Shown here: positions 1 to 14,714 of the stretch, piece by piece | How the letters are laid out: the number at the start of each line of letters is the position of its first letter | How positions within the stretch are numbered: the first letter of the stretch is position 1 | Source of the DNA: Eledone cirrhosa | Taxonomy: Eukaryota | NCBI GenBank assembly: GCA_964016885.1 | Contig: OZ024743.1 | Span: forward strand, 295,616,001 to 295,680,000 | DNA: 64,000 bases | Direction: 5' to 3' | Made by a program: the position numbers and the translations under genes | Notes under the pieces: model-generated | Told to the model about the DNA's origin: nothing | The model's database searches: none | The model's input: the letters and a program-made list of their open reading frames with translations, nothing else

Positions 1-228
1 TACATACATGTGTGTGTGTCTGTGTGCGTGTGTGTGTGTGTGTGTGTCTATGTGTGTGTGTGTGTGTGTATGCATGTTTGCGTATTTCATTTCTATATTA
101 AACTTGATGATTATACTCTAAGAATGTTCCCTACTAACTGTGGTTACCCACCATTGAATCCGGGAGTCACACGCACAGAAACATACACACACAGACACAC
201 ACATACACACAGATACACAGGCATACAT

Positions 229-280
<52 letters not shown>

Positions 281-284
<4 letters not shown>

Positions 285-458
285 GTTTCTACTTTTGGCA
301 CAAAGCCAGCAATTATCCCAGTGTATTACTGGTACTTTATTTGATCGACCCCGTAAGGATGAAAGGCAAAGTTAACCTCGGCAGGATTTGAACTCAGAAT
401 GGCTAGGGTCGTAACTCTATGCGTCCGACCCTCTACCGATACTGCCAATCCACAGCCC
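281..458 (-). mobile_element. tRNA-derived SINE (dominant family in window)
   Basis: Reverse strand has A-box-like TGGCAGTATCGG, B-box GAGTTCAAATCC, body GAGGTTAACTTTGCCTTTCATCCTTACGGGGTCGAT and tail CTTTGTGCCAAAAGTAGAAACAATT; more than 12 related copies in the window. Confidence 0.9.
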
Positions 459-1140
459 TATATATATATATAATGAATTTTAAAAGAAGTAGTTAGAGAA
501 TAAAAATAAAATATAAATTTAGAAATTTGGAGATTTATTTGGAAGCATTCCATCTTTCTACAGCAGTTAATGTCGGAGTGCATCAATAATTTGATATCCA
601 CCCACTGACCAATGTTAAACTTATTTATACATTTTATCTGCTACAGACGTAGTTAGAAATTCTTTGCTATAGCAGCGAAATAGAAGATATTTTATTTCTT
701 CCGTATATTTAATTAAATTCATAAAGGAGTTGTATATAATTATAGGTTAGACATGTATAATGTATTGATCTGCTGTACTAGCACAAAATTATTTATATTA
801 AGACTACGAGTACTTGAAAATGAAGAAGGGCTGATTTTTTGTCATATTTTTCCGTCTTGACAAGGAGCTATAGAGGATGTAAATTGAAAGAGCTCTTCGA
901 TGCAGTATTGATTCCGATTCACTGCGCTTTGATTTCAAATCTCATTGAGATCAACTTTAGTTTTCATCCGCTCGAGGTGGCTAAAATTATATATCAGTCC
1001 AGGATGTTGGATAAGCTGAATTGTCAGATATTTGGACTAGATGCTTTTTTTCTATTTTTACACGCTATTTATGTTCTGGGGTCACTCTCACTCTCCCCTC
1101 TTTCTTTCTTTCTCTCTTTCTCTCTTTCTCTCTTTCTCTT

Positions 1141-1234
<94 letters not shown>

Positions 1235-2569
1235 CGTGTGCATGCATATGTATATAGCTACATAATATTACATAATTACCTATATAAATCATTATTATTT
1301 TTCATGTAACGATGCTAGGACACAAATACATATATGTTTGTGTGTGCCTCTGTGTGTGTTTGTGTGTATTTATGTATGTATATCTTTCACTGCTGTATAT
1401 GGGCAAACAATATAAACATCGGGTGTAAGGAGAGATCAGCAACACCCTCGCGTCTCTCTCGCAGTCAGCAATCAACTAGTGATTGGTCCATTGTACCTCA
1501 ATAACCACAGACGCTATTCTTCAGAAATTGCTCTATAGAATATTTAAAATAGGAAATAAGTAGAATTTAGAAAGAATAATGGGTTAATGGTCTTTCTGTG
1601 TCAACATTTTCACCGAGCATGCTTGGATTGACTTTTGTCTCTATTTCTCTTTAATATTACCCTTCAAATGATTTGGTGAAGCGGATAAACATTACAACTC
1701 CTTTGAATATAATGTTGTGTATATGACAATAGTCTTAATTATAAATTATATGTATGGATCTCGAACCATGTATCTATCTATCTTCTATCTTACCTATTAA
1801 GATATCATTTCATCGTATTCATGGACTTAATCTTAATTTGAAATTTCCAACGGAAGTAAAATATGTAATGACCTTAGACATCAGTGGATGAGTTTATCTT
1901 TAAAAGAACTGATATGATTTAATCATGAGTTCACACACTACAGTTAAATACAAGTGTAAAAAATTAAAAACACTTAACAAGAATGGGCTTTTAGCAATCC
2001 TTCGTATAATTATTAATGTGTTCGACAAGTGATTTAGATTTCAGTAGATTTGTTTCTCAAATTGGTTCTTATAATATTTAATATCATTAACAATAAAAAC
2101 TTAAACTTTAATTCAGAATGACATGTTTATTCGAGTGAACTATTTATGAGCAACTGTAATATAGGTTTTATCAGACCCGGTGTGACAGGGGCTGATAATA
2201 TCGAGTGGTTTAAAGCTATTTATCACCCATACAGCTTTTCCTCTTACATTCTTTCGGGGTCGATAAAATAAAGTACCGGTCTAGGGCTGTGGATTGGTGG
2301 AATTGATAGAGCAACAAACATGATGGAATGTTAAATTTAGTACACCTTAGCACTATGATGGGTAGGAATATTTTGTGTCAACGTTTTATTTTTCATTTTT
2401 TATTTTATTTTATTATTTTAAAAGATTTTATGTTCTACGAACTTCACCATCTCCACAAGAAATGTATTTATCTATCGTTTTCATTGTATGATATGTTACT
2501 ATTAAAGTTTCGTTCTAAAAGTAGTGAATCAAGTAATCGACTAAGTTGATAAGTTAAATGGAGACATTC

Positions 2570-2733
2570 ACCATATCACGGCGTGTGATGAGGCTGAATC
2601 TTTGAAATACAGGTACAATGAAGCCTGAGGACTTCAAACAGTTTCCATATACCAACGGCACGCAGAAAGATCACACCCGGCACCTTATGATTGTGAAGCG
2701 AAATTCTTAATCATTCAACATCCTGGCGTCCAC
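2570..2733 (-). mobile_element. degenerate tRNA-derived SINE, second family
   Basis: Reverse strand begins with a decayed tRNA-like head (GATGTTGAATGATTAAGAATTTCGCTTCACAATCATAAGG); similar head at ~37415 (+). Confidence 0.4.
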
Positions 2734-3090
2734 AAGTTAGCTAGTAGAGAAAATAGGATTATCATGCAGATGTTACTGTCCATATATTTGGAATGTAATT
2801 TTGTAACATTTTCTTTTTATTCTTTTTCTCCAACATACAATTGGTCTAGATTTTCTGAAATAGTTGGCCGACCAGTAAGAGAGTAACAAGAGGAGAAACA
2901 ACTGACATATCGACAACACCAGCAACACTTATATAAATTACATTAGTACTAACCGAATAAATGACCTCAGCTTACGGAAATGAAATTACTGTTATTAATA
3001 CTGGTAAATGAATGCGTGTATATACTTGTGAATGTGTTTTCGTATGTGAACGTGAGATTCTATATGAATGTATACAATATATATATAGAA

Positions 3091-3171
<81 letters not shown>

Positions 3172-3342
3172 TAAATTCATATATATATATATTCATAGAC
3201 GTGAGTGGGTGAATGTTCATATTCACATATTTGAAATGTATAATAAAGGAAACCCGCTGTTAGCTGAATATTATCATGAAACCGGAAAGTTATCAGTTCT
3301 GAATATTTGTCAGTGAACCCACATTCTCGTTGTAATATTCAG

Positions 3343-4030
<688 letters not shown>

Positions 4031-5684
4031 TGCGCGTGTGTATGTATGTGTGTATAACATCGCGTGAGTAGCTAATTTTGTTATCTGAATCACGTTTAAT
4101 AACATATATATCTGTTCCCATGTGCGCATGTGCGTGTGGGCGCGCTCGTAAATATATACATGTGTGTATGTGTGTTTTTGCGTGTATGTGTGTCTATGCG
4201 TATGTGTGTGTCAGTGTGTGCGTATAAGTTTGTTTACACAATAATGTAATAAGTTTGTGAGAAAGAAAGAATGAGACACATATCGGATATCTTAATGTCA
4301 CGGTGAGAATAATATCAAGAAAGAAGAAAAAATTAAAAACTGAAAAGATGGAAGAAGAAATACAAAATGTCAAATCTTCCACACCTGAATGTCTTAACCA
4401 CCAATCTATAGGGCGTCTCCAGATTTTGCCAGCAAAATCTATTGACAAGACGTGGGACACAATACTGCAAAATCTGTTGAACAAATTTCGTAGCTTAGTT
4501 GTCGATATATTATTATTTGTTCACAATATCTAGTGTTGTTTTATTGACTTCCTTTCTTGAAATATTTATTAATGTTATGGAATATATAAGAATAAAAGTT
4601 TCAGTTATGGAATGTATAATCGTAAAAACTATAGGTAGCGATTAATCGTAGCTGTTTCCTGCCATGCTTATATTAGAAGCTAATCAATGTTAGAAATCTT
4701 ACGTAACTGGCTAGGTTCATTGGCATTTAAAAAGCAAGAGATTGATTTTAAATGAATGATGGTTATTATGCAATTTCTTGACTTTTACTAGGGAATAACC
4801 CGTTCGTTTATATCCATGTCATATGAGAAATAAAATCTCAACTCTATTGCTGATATTATTTTTCTAACATAGAAGTAAGTTTAAGAAATTTGAAAGGAGG
4901 AATTCGTCGATTAACCCGGATCTAAGTCACCCGTATCTGACTGCTATTTTATTTTATTGATCCTCGGAATGTCGAAAGAGAACGTTGACATTGACAGGAT
5001 TTGAATTCTGTGTCCTAGGTAAGCTACCGTGGGAGCCTCTGTCCTTAGCTGCTGGTGTTGGATCCCCGCCAGCAGCTTACAAACCTTTTCTAACATTGAC
5101 GACGAAGGATCGGTCAACTCTCACAAAGGAAGCTATTGCTGTATCACTATGCTCTGCTTTTTGGTAAACGATTACAGCGCCTCTTTTCATTTGCTAATTC
5201 AATTTAATGTTTGGTAATATTTATCTGAAAAAAAAAAGAAGAAAGTTAGAACTCAAGAAAGAGGTGTCCTCAAAATATAGTCCAGTTCCTTGTGTATTTT
5301 CGTTCAAATTCTCTGGAGATTTACTAAACTATACATTTATGGAAACCTTAGGATGTATTGAACACAACAATCAATGTTGCCATTTTTTTAGGGTTCTGAA
5401 AATGGCCGTCTTAGGGCTTCAAAATGGCGACCGTTTGAAATCTAAATTTACCAATATATCCACTTCCAATCCATGTAGCCTTTTACTTTCAGTGGCTAAA
5501 CTTACATTTTAAGGGACCAGAAGTCTAGAGAAATTGACTACAATCACTTACGTTTAACATGAAGAAAGATTTTTTAAATAAAAATACCAATTTTAATGAC
5601 AAAACTGCAAAACCACATGCAAATATGATATTTCTTCTCTAGATCCGCTCATAATCAGGATATCGAAGCACGAGTCAAACATAA

Positions 5685-5833
5685 TAAAAATAAATTTGTC
5701 TTCACGTACACTTTATTTTAATACATAAAACAAATAAAAATAAATTTGTCTTCACGTACACTTTATTTTAATACATTAAACAAATAAAAATAAATGTGTC
5801 TTCATGTACACTTTATTTTAATACATAAAACAA
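5685..5833. repeat. 3 x 50-bp tandem repeat inside Academ, downstream of the ORF
   Basis: Unit ATAAAAATAAATTTGTCTTCACGTACACTTTATTTTAATACATAAAACAA repeated three times. Confidence 0.9.
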
Positions 5834-5964
5834 TTAATTCGTGGATACTTTGCTTTTGTCCATTTCACGATAAAATCAGTCATGACTTTTAACAGGCAGG
5901 AATACAAATTTGTGCACACTTTGTTATTGCCACTTTTAGAACGGAATCAGTCATAACCATGATA

Positions 5965-8900
5965 TCAGTCATCACTCTCACTATTAGTATTACCTGAGTC
6001 AAGGTTTTCATAAACTCTTTCCGCATCATTTTCACACTGTGTGGTGCACAGGCAAAGGTCGGTGCACTGCAGATTCTTTGACCTGCAAGAACATCTTTGT
6101 GAGGAACAATCTCCTTTGCACTGGCATCTCGCCATCTCAATGATGGCTTTAGGTGCTGAAGGATCATCAGTAGTGGTTGGCTTTAGTTGGCCATCATCTC
6201 CCTTGTAGTAGCCATTCTGCATTGAATCCAGCGGAACTTGCTGGAGAGTGCTTGCCTGGCTCCAAACTCGTGCTTGCACATGTACCCTTAAAATGTGCTG
6301 CTTGAGGGCACCAACTGTAGGTGGTAACTTGTCACTCTCTGACATGTATTTACAGAACAGGTACCATTGCAACTCTGGAATACTTTTGATTTGGATTCCT
6401 TTGTACTGTAGGCAGGACAGACAAAACTTTCCAAGCTGGTCAGAAGTTCTTCAGTCACTTCAGTATCATCAGACAGCTTTTTCAGAGCGTCAATGGTGTT
6501 ATCGTTAGCTTCAAGGAAGATTTTGAACCATGTGGCCTTTCCTAATCTAGCAAACCTTCCCGTATTATCGGCGCCAGAAAAGGCATGGAATGCAGGTAAA
6601 GCTTTCGCCTTTGCTGGACCTAAAATGTCCCAGAATGGCGGGATCTTTAGAACACTTGATGCCATGGAGATGGAGGTGTGCCTATGTAACAAATCATAGT
6701 TGGCAATTACCAGAACCAGGACATCTGTGTGAGGTGAGAAAAAGGCTAGTTGCATATCATCAGTGTGTCAGCTTCCTCGTGGTCGTTTTCACTGAAAGGT
6801 TCCAAATCATTGTTGCTCACGGTTTGGCCAGATGCTGAAGTGATGACAAGCTTGGAGGAATATTTGCTGTAGTACAGAGTCTTTTCTACCAAGTACTTGG
6901 TCGAATCAGCCTTCGTCTTTTCATGTAACAGGAATCTTCTCATGGTTATGTGCTTGATGCTCGTCTCATCTCTGACTTGATACTGGACTGGATCCTTCCC
7001 CTGGCGTCTCTTCTGCTTGGTTGCATTCTTCAAGGAATCGGTCTTATATGTGTCAAACATGAGAATTATTTCGTCAAAGTTCTGCATGAGGTTCATTAAT
7101 CTTTCATAGAAACTTTGGCTTAGATCTCTCACTGTAACCATGGTAGCTGGTTTCCTAGTCAGCTCCTGAATAAGCACCAATCCATCTACCACCGCAACCC
7201 TCCTGTTGTGATTGAGATTGTCTTTTTCAGTGGCTTCATCTTGCAGTGAATCGCCTTGTGCTATTTTCTATGATGCTATCTGAGATGAATGAGCTTGGTC
7301 TTGTCAGTGCATGGCAACACTGACCCATTTGGGGCAAAGAGTGCTCTTGGCGTCAAGGTGAACTCGTAATTGTTAATTGCTTCTTTCTGGTTCACGTCTC
7401 GGTCGGACCTGGCAAGAAGCATAAGTCTGCCATACAAATCTTTGGTTTCCTTCATGTCAATGGTTTTGTCACGAATCTTTACAGCATGTCTCTTGTTGCC
7501 AGATGTGAACATCTCGTTATTTTGTCTCTTCACTGGTGCCCAAAGGCTGACGTCCCCATTGATCCGTTCAGCAACATATTCCTCGTACAGCTTTTGTCCA
7601 GTGTTATCCATCTCCAAGATCTGCGTTACATACTCATCGGGGATATATACATGAGTTATCAAGTTGTAGAGTGTTTCCCCATCAGCAGCAAATTGATTTC
7701 CGTGAGTCAATATAGCACTCTTGATTTTGCTTACTGCTCCAAGATCTCGCTTGATTGCAGCTGGAGATAGGTTATGATGCTCAAGAGCATGGCTTTCACC
7801 AACACCGAATTGGTCCTTAAACTCCCTTGCAAGGCAGGACATTTCAGGAGCCTTGCATTTGGATTATTCGAAATTCCAGTGAGACCAGCTTGAACTTTCA
7901 TGAATTTGTTAAGATCTTCACAGGCATGGTCACCTCCAATGGATACGAACGGGATGGCATTCTTGGTGATGGATATATTGCCCTCTTCAAGTTACCTCCA
8001 TGTGTCGAGGTGGTTGGTCTTCAATGCGTGCATATCTGCTATGTAACGTGGCCAGAGTCTCTTATACTTTAACCTGTCCATTGAGAAGAACAGCTTGCTC
8101 AGTGCTTCTCCAGCTTCAAGATGAAGATTCAGATCAGCATTCCGCGATGCCGCTACAAAGTACAGAATTGTCTCTACCCGATGCAGATCTGAATATGGCA
8201 TTCTTAGACTTCTCTGCTTCCCAGTCTTGCAGTTTCTTGATCACATCATACTCTGCTAAGACTTGCTGCAGATGAGCATTTGTATGCTTCACAGACTCAA
8301 CTTTGGTGCCTTTGTTCTGAACCGCCGCTTCTACTTGAATCGTTGCTTTTAGACACAGATCTTTCAGATGAGGATTGTCCTATAGGAACTGCTCCAATGC
8401 CAGTTCATAAAGTGCCATGTGGGAGTAAATGTGTGCACGTAGAGAACGCTTGTAGTGTGTGTACTTCAGAATTTGTCTGGTTGTGTCAGAACTATACAGA
8501 TCGGCTTCCATCCAGGCGTCGTCTATTCCCGAGTTTTCAATTGAAGAGCCATGAGCTCTCAACGCAGCCATGACAACATGAAACTCACCAAGCCTTGGCA
8601 GCACTTTGCCCTTCAAATCTGGCCTAGCATCAACCAACTGTACTGCTTTCTCGTAGAGTGCTTGTCGAAGGAAATGACAGTGAGGTACTTGTCAGCAACT
8701 GCCAGCTCTTTTAATTTGTTTGCTTGCATCATAACGGTTAGCAATGTTGGCCATTCATACGCGACTTCTGGGAGCAAAGGTAGAGCTCCAACCTCAGTTA
8801 AGGGTAGGCTTGTCGACAAAAGTGAGTTATAGCCTGCCCAGCCTGGAATTCGACTCGAGTCTCCATCGTTCATTCGGGAAACAGCGTAGGCAACGATCCA

Positions 8901-10680
8901 TCCCAGATGTATGAGCTGGTAGGTACTATCCACACCTTCTTTGTCAATGGCAAACTGAATCATCCTCTTCTCTGCTGCTTTGGTTTCTCACAAGGAACTA
9001 TAGCTGTATGATATGGGGTCACAGATTGACTGTGCATCAGTGATATTTATGGGTGATGCAATTGGTTCTCCAGGGGCATCAGCTTTCTGGTATACGGCAG
9101 CGATAGTGCCATGGGTGGTACCTTTACCATCTAGAGTGTCCTCAGTGATATCCGCATTGTCTACTGCGAAGAAGACAAAAGTGCCTTTCTTGATGAATGG
9201 TGGCACATACAGCCCTTGGAACTGTTTGGTGTTCTCCACTACAACATTGGCAACGGCGGTTTCCATCATTAACGTACGGCTGTATGAAACACAGTAATCT
9301 TGGGCGTTGAGGAGATTAACGAGCATCTTATTTCTTGTCTTTTGATGGATGCTCAGCGCCAATCCCACAACTTGGAGATTTTCTCTAACATGCTGCGACC
9401 GAAAGCCAGCATGCTCAGTTTTGGGCTTGTATGTGACTTGTCTCTTAGACTTGCATCCAAACATCAGATTTTGACTCATTGTAAGGGCAGCTCTGTCCAC
9501 AGCATGTGTTCGAACTTCAGTCTCCAGTTCATTTGCAGGCCCTGCCATGATCCAGCGAATAAGTGTATAGAGTTCCACTGGCACATCTTCTATTTTGCTG
9601 GAAATTGGGATTGAACTTTGTGGCGGTTATCTTTTGGTAACATTTTCAATGCTGTGGCGAACAAGCTGAGCTGACATATAGAGATTCTTCATGTTGTCCG
9701 TGTCATCAGAAGTGATGGCAGAGTGAACCATTTTAACCTCACAGGCTTCAGGTAATACAATACAGCTGACTTTCGCCTATTGCTTTGCAGAACAGACTGT
9801 ACACCTGGAAATTCTGTTAATATTTTGTCTTTCAGCCATTTTCTGGTATAGACAGGTCTGTGATTTGGCAAAGCCTCTGCTTCACCTAGCATATTCAAAT
9901 AGGTATTCTCAATGTCTGACATGGAAAGATATGCGCCATCTGGGGTTTGCACGTCGATAATGTTCACTAATTCAATGAAACTAGCTGTTTTCTGTTGACA
10001 CCCACTCTCTTTGTTTGCTTTGTTTTCGATAGCTTTATCTCTCAGAACATGGAATACATTTCTTGTCCAACACTGTTTATGATATTTGATATCAATAGCG
10101 TGGGCATCCCCTTCGGAGATGCAAGATGCCATTCTTGTTTTTAGTTCTGGATTAGGAGAGATTTCCACAGCTTTTTTTAGAGCTTGGCCCGCATTGGCAG
10201 TTCTAACTGCAAACAACTGTTGGTCACCAAACGTTTGACAAAAAAAGCACAAATCATTTTCCAGTGGGTTTGTTGCTGACCGTGTAAACGGCCCTAAGAT
10301 TGTGGCAGAGGTTGATGGCTCACTCCTGTCAAAGCTTGAAAGGCGTCCTCGCTTTCTGCGGATATGTGATCCAGTAGACAAAAACCGTTGGTGACGGTCT
10401 CTTGCACGTTGCATTTTGACTTTACTGGTGGCGTTGGAGTAGCACGTGCGATGCCAAAAAGCCTTATTTCTCTGCAAAGTTTCTGTTGTGCAGTCTTCTA
10501 GCCTCTTTTGAATTTTGACAAATTCGCCATCATGCAGTAATGCTCGCTCCTTCACTGCAGCTAACAAACTATGGTATGAATATAATTTTGGTTGTAACAC
10601 AAACTGGCCTGCATCTTGTAGGCACAAAATACATCGTTTCCAGTCAATTATCTCTTGTTGCTGTCTACCAAGTCGTGGTC
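5965..10680 (-). pseudogene. Academ transposase-XPG nuclease-Cys8 finger protein, frameshifted
   Basis: Collinear ORF pieces: FFAVDNADITEDTLDGKGTTH, LPRLGEFHVVM (transposase); HEEADTLM, FFSPHTDVLVL, LPAFHAFSGADNT (PIN/XPG + H3TH); LPPT..HILR; CQCKGDCSSQRCSCRSKNLQCTDLCLC; likely splice acceptor TTTTTCAG at 10680. Confidence 0.85.
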
Positions 10681-11255
10681 TGAAAAATTATAAACACTAA
10701 TGAAGTAATTACATGGCATTTGATTATTATTATTATTTTTATCATTATTATTATTGTTATTATGTTAAATTAGCCACTAAATTTAGAAGCCCAGTTGGTT
10801 AGAATTTGAGATACTGCTGACAAAGGTTATCGGTAGTACCCATTTAGAAATTCCAAGATGGCTACCACAGACACCTTGAACAAAATGGCAACAATCAATT
10901 TTTTGGATTCAGTATGTCCTAAAGTTTTCGAAAATGTATAGTTTTGCTAATCTCTAAGAAATCTGAACGAAAGTACCAATCGTTACATTATGAACTTGAC
11001 TAATACTGACGTACTTTTTATTGAAGCAGTCTTTGAATAGATATCATAAATGTATTGTAAATAATATTGTACCAATTTGTATTTAAATATAAGATTTTTT
11101 GATGTGCTAAGCATCTTTTACTAAATTCATGAAAATGTCCTCAAAAACCTGATGCACCCTATACATTGAACTGTTTAGTTTAAGCCCCCAATTTAAAGTC
11201 CATGTTCAACTTCTGTGAATAATATATGCTGTAACATAAATAGTAAGCATTATCA

Positions 11256-11372
11256 TGAGTTCAAATCCCGCCGAGGTTAACTTCACCTTTCATCCTTACA
11301 GGATCGATAAAATAAAGTACCAGTAATGTACTGGGTATTTGCTGGCCTTGTTCTTAAAGTAGAAACATTATC
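11256..11372 (+). mobile_element. SINE, 5'-truncated
   Basis: GAGTTCAAATCCCGCCGAGGTTAAC...AAAGTAGAAACATTAT. Confidence 0.85.
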
Positions 11373-11443
11373 ATAGATAGAAAAATAATTGGCTCTTTTC
11401 GTTTTGAGTCAACGGTGTGTTTCATCCTTCCAGATCCATTCTA

Positions 11444-11476
<33 letters not shown>

Positions 11477-11774
11477 ATAATAATAATAATAATGATAATA
11501 ATAATAATAATAATAATTCTTTCTTTATTAACCACAAGGGTTTACATAAAGTAGACATTAAGGACAGTACAGGACAATGCAGGACGGTACAAATAGGCAT
11601 TTCTGCGTGTAAAAAACATATCAGAGGATGTAATAAAAAAATAACAATGAAAAATTCCCCAATATGGGGGGGGGGGGGAGACTTCCGAGGGACATTTCTG
11701 GAGAAAGCCCATTAAAAGGCCACAGTGACCCAGACCACCAGGGCAAGTGCCCTCTCCCAGTTTTCCACCTTCAA

Positions 11775-14650
11775 TTTACAGGCATATACTCAGAGTATGT
11801 CCACTCACTCGGGCCATTCTTGCCTCTCTCACCCATCTTTCAACAAAAAGCTGGGAAGAGAGCACCTCCCTCTCTACCCTGATTTTCCTTTTCAATGAAA
11901 TTGGAAAAAGTTAATCAGGGCATAACCGAAGAGGTAAGTGCTCGTCTTCAGCACTTTCAAACGTGTCCACCATACTATCTCTTTCGCCATGGCCACAAGA
12001 CAGATAAAAACGCCTGCCCTTCCCGGCTAAAGAAATAGGGCGGGGCAATCCTCACGATGGACTCAGCTGATAGCTGGATCCGTCCTACACGTGACAGCAG
12101 GTGTTCGACATAAAACCACAAGTCAGCAATGGTCGAACACTAGACGAGTGCGTGCAGGACGGTTTCGTCGCCCTGCGCGCATTTCGGACATGTCCGGCTG
12201 ACGGCACCTCCATGCCTGTAGAGTTTATCCCGAACTGGCAAAGCTCCTCGGTAGCACTGCCAGGGATTTCTGGAAGTTGTCCCCGGCCCGAAAGTTCTTC
12301 CGAAGAGATTGATTTTCGTCGACGCCTAAAGTTTCTCCAAGTACGTCATCGCTCTTCCCCTCCACTAATCCTCTATAGAACGCCAAGGTGGAGTTTCCAC
12401 CGATCACATTGCCCGATGGTCGAGGGCTGTGAGCGCCTGAAGTCATTCCAGTCTCCAAGCGCTCCTCTCAGTCTTCGCTTGACCCAGGACTGCAGCTCCG
12501 TCAAGGAGACGAGCTGAGGAAAGACGCGTCTAGGAAACGGCGACCACATCTGATCACCGTCGAGGAAGAGGTGGAGATGTCGTAGCCTGAGTGCGTGTCT
12601 GCGCATCATCAGCCACGGCATGCCCAGCCCTCCACGTAGCGGCTGTTGACAGCAGATGGACCGCCTGACCATCGCAGCGCGTCCCTTCCACAAAAAGCGA
12701 AAGAGCAAAGGTTCCAGCGCAGTCAGGCGAGCTTAGGACAAGGGTCGACGGTCAGGCGTAGTAGATGACGGACGCGATGTACGCGTTAGCCACCTCCGCT
12801 CGACCTTTCAGGGATAGCTTCCTCTCCGCCCATTTCTGGGTGAGAGAAGCCACCCTGCTGTGCATGGCAGCGATCCAGCCTCTGAAGACGGGCCCAAAGC
12901 CAGCCGCCCTCAGGACTGCCACTAGGTAACGATGGTCGACCCTATCGAAAGCTTTCGACTGATGTAAATTGATCAAAGACCCACCCGTGCCAGGTTCCCT
13001 AGCTACCCTCTCTACGATGTATCGCATGAGGTGGAGGTTATCGTGGATGGATCTGTCGGGAATGGCGCATGTCTGCGCCTCTCCCACCAGACCACCAACG
13101 ACAAGCGCCAACTCTTTGTAAGCACCTTGGCCAAAATCTTGAACTCTGTGTTTAGCAGAGTTATGGGCCTGAAATTATCTATGTTATCCCCCCAGCTCAC
13201 AGAGCTGGGAATTCTCCCATTCTGTTGCCAGTTGCAGTAGACGTTCGCCAAGAGACCTCCGAACAAGTCTGGCATCTGTACGTAAAGTTCATAGGGCAGA
13301 CCATCTAAACCAGGCGATTTACCCTTTGTGCATCAGTCATTGCCTCCCGTACTTCAGCGGCTGTTATCGGCATTTCGCAACACTCCGCCTCAGTGGCCGA
13401 GGGCCGCGGCAGTCCGTCGAGGTAGACACTAAAGTCTATCCCTCGATCCGGCCCGCCGCGGCCCTCGAAGAGCTGTGCGAAGTGTCGCTGAAAAGCTTCA
13501 CAGATTTGCGCCCGTCGTGGTCCACCAAAGACCGGATCGTGGCTTTGTTTCCACGACGCGCCTCCACCACTCGGGCCCATTGAACGGCTTCCGTCCCCTT
13601 GTGTCTGAGAGCACGCACCCTAGCTCTGACAACGTAGCCTTCGTGCTTTGCATTGAAGAATTGGTCAAGGGCCAATTTCGCCGCAAGTACGTCGCGATGT
13701 CTTTGCTAAACGCACTGATCTAATTTTCTAACTAATTCTCCCTCTGCTCTATTTTTCTCTATTGCTAAAGCCTTACTAAACCTAATGGACTCTATTCTAA
13801 TCGCTCTTTTCAAAGCAAACCACCACTTGTTGTTGACGATGGCCCCCGTCAACGCCCGCTTAACTAGTTCGCTAATCCGGTCTGTAGACCTTGCGCGCTG
13901 GTAAGGACGCGTTTAGCTTCCAGTAGCCGGGTCCTCGTCTATCTAAGTCAATCACATAGATCACTAATTTGTGTTCCGTGTAGCTGACTATCTTGAATTG
14001 TGGACAGCCTATGCTAGACTTATCTATTTCCCTACAAAATACTCTATCTAGATATGATCTGGATAACCCTATGCGATTTGTTCAAGTCCACATTGGCACA
14101 TTCGGGAAATCCAATCGGTACCTGTCAGACTGTCAAAACGCCTGAGCAGGTTGGTGAGGCTCTTGCACTCTCCTCCCTTATCTGCTAATCCCACACAGTC
14201 CCAGCGTGCATCTAATATCCCGTTCCAGTCGCCCAATAACACTAAAGAGCGGGATGTTCCAAGAAAGGTCTCCAGACGCCGGAAGAAATCAGGTCGCCCT
14301 GCTCCTGTCGGGGCATAGACGGCCACTAGCCTGAAAGCTTGCCCGTCTCCGCTGGTCACATCCAGCACCACCAACTTACCTTCTGGGTCCAGGAAGATAG
14401 CCCGTATGGCGAGATCCAAACCTCTCCGAAAAAGCACAGCGACTCCTTCCCCCGAGCCAGGACGGCTGGGAGATGCGTACACATCCTAGCTGCCGAAGAT
14501 AGGTGCGATGGCCCGTGCTTCGGTGATTCTGGTCTCGATGATGGCCACTACATCTATGTTTAGTGACCTGAGGTCGTTGAGCAGGTGGCCCTGCTTCTAT
14601 GACGACCCCAAGCCACGCGTATTTATGCTGCCTATTCTGAGTGAGGTCAT
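11775..14650 (-). pseudogene. Tx1 A ORF2 (APE endonuclease-RT), frameshifted, RT core deleted
   Basis: MTSLRIGSINTRGL, VYAP, LGDWN, GYWKLN, FRPITLLNTEFKILAK, SKAFDRVDH; jumps from WIAAMHS to RVASLTQKW at ~12857 so QG/YADD are absent. Confidence 0.85.
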
Positions 14651-14714
14651 GTTGAAATGGAGTGGAAAAGATGGGAAAGACCACTAACCTTACTTCTCGT
14701 AGAGGAAAGATGGT

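Larger units (their letters stand above)
5278..11002 (-). mobile_element. AcademX DNA transposon, full length, decayed
   Basis: Termini TAGTCCAGTTC (5278) and GAACTTGACTA (11002); ~150-bp imperfect TIRs; 3-bp TSD ATA (5275-5277 and 11003-11005); internal transposase + XPG-like nuclease + Cys-rich ORF fragments. Confidence 0.88.

Noticed and set aside
839-1060. Possible mariner transposase remnant or host exon
   Set aside because: Only a faint motif resemblance, no TIRs, no convincing splice sites
4303-4533. 76-aa ORF as a candidate host exon
   Set aside because: No recognisable domain and no supporting neighbouring exons
5685-5833. Regular 50-bp repeats as a possible CRISPR array
   Set aside because: Head-to-tail with no spacers, no cas genes, eukaryotic transposon context
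5965-6130. CXC/tesmin-like host gene
   Set aside because: It is the C-terminal Cys finger of the Academ protein, lying inside the TIRs
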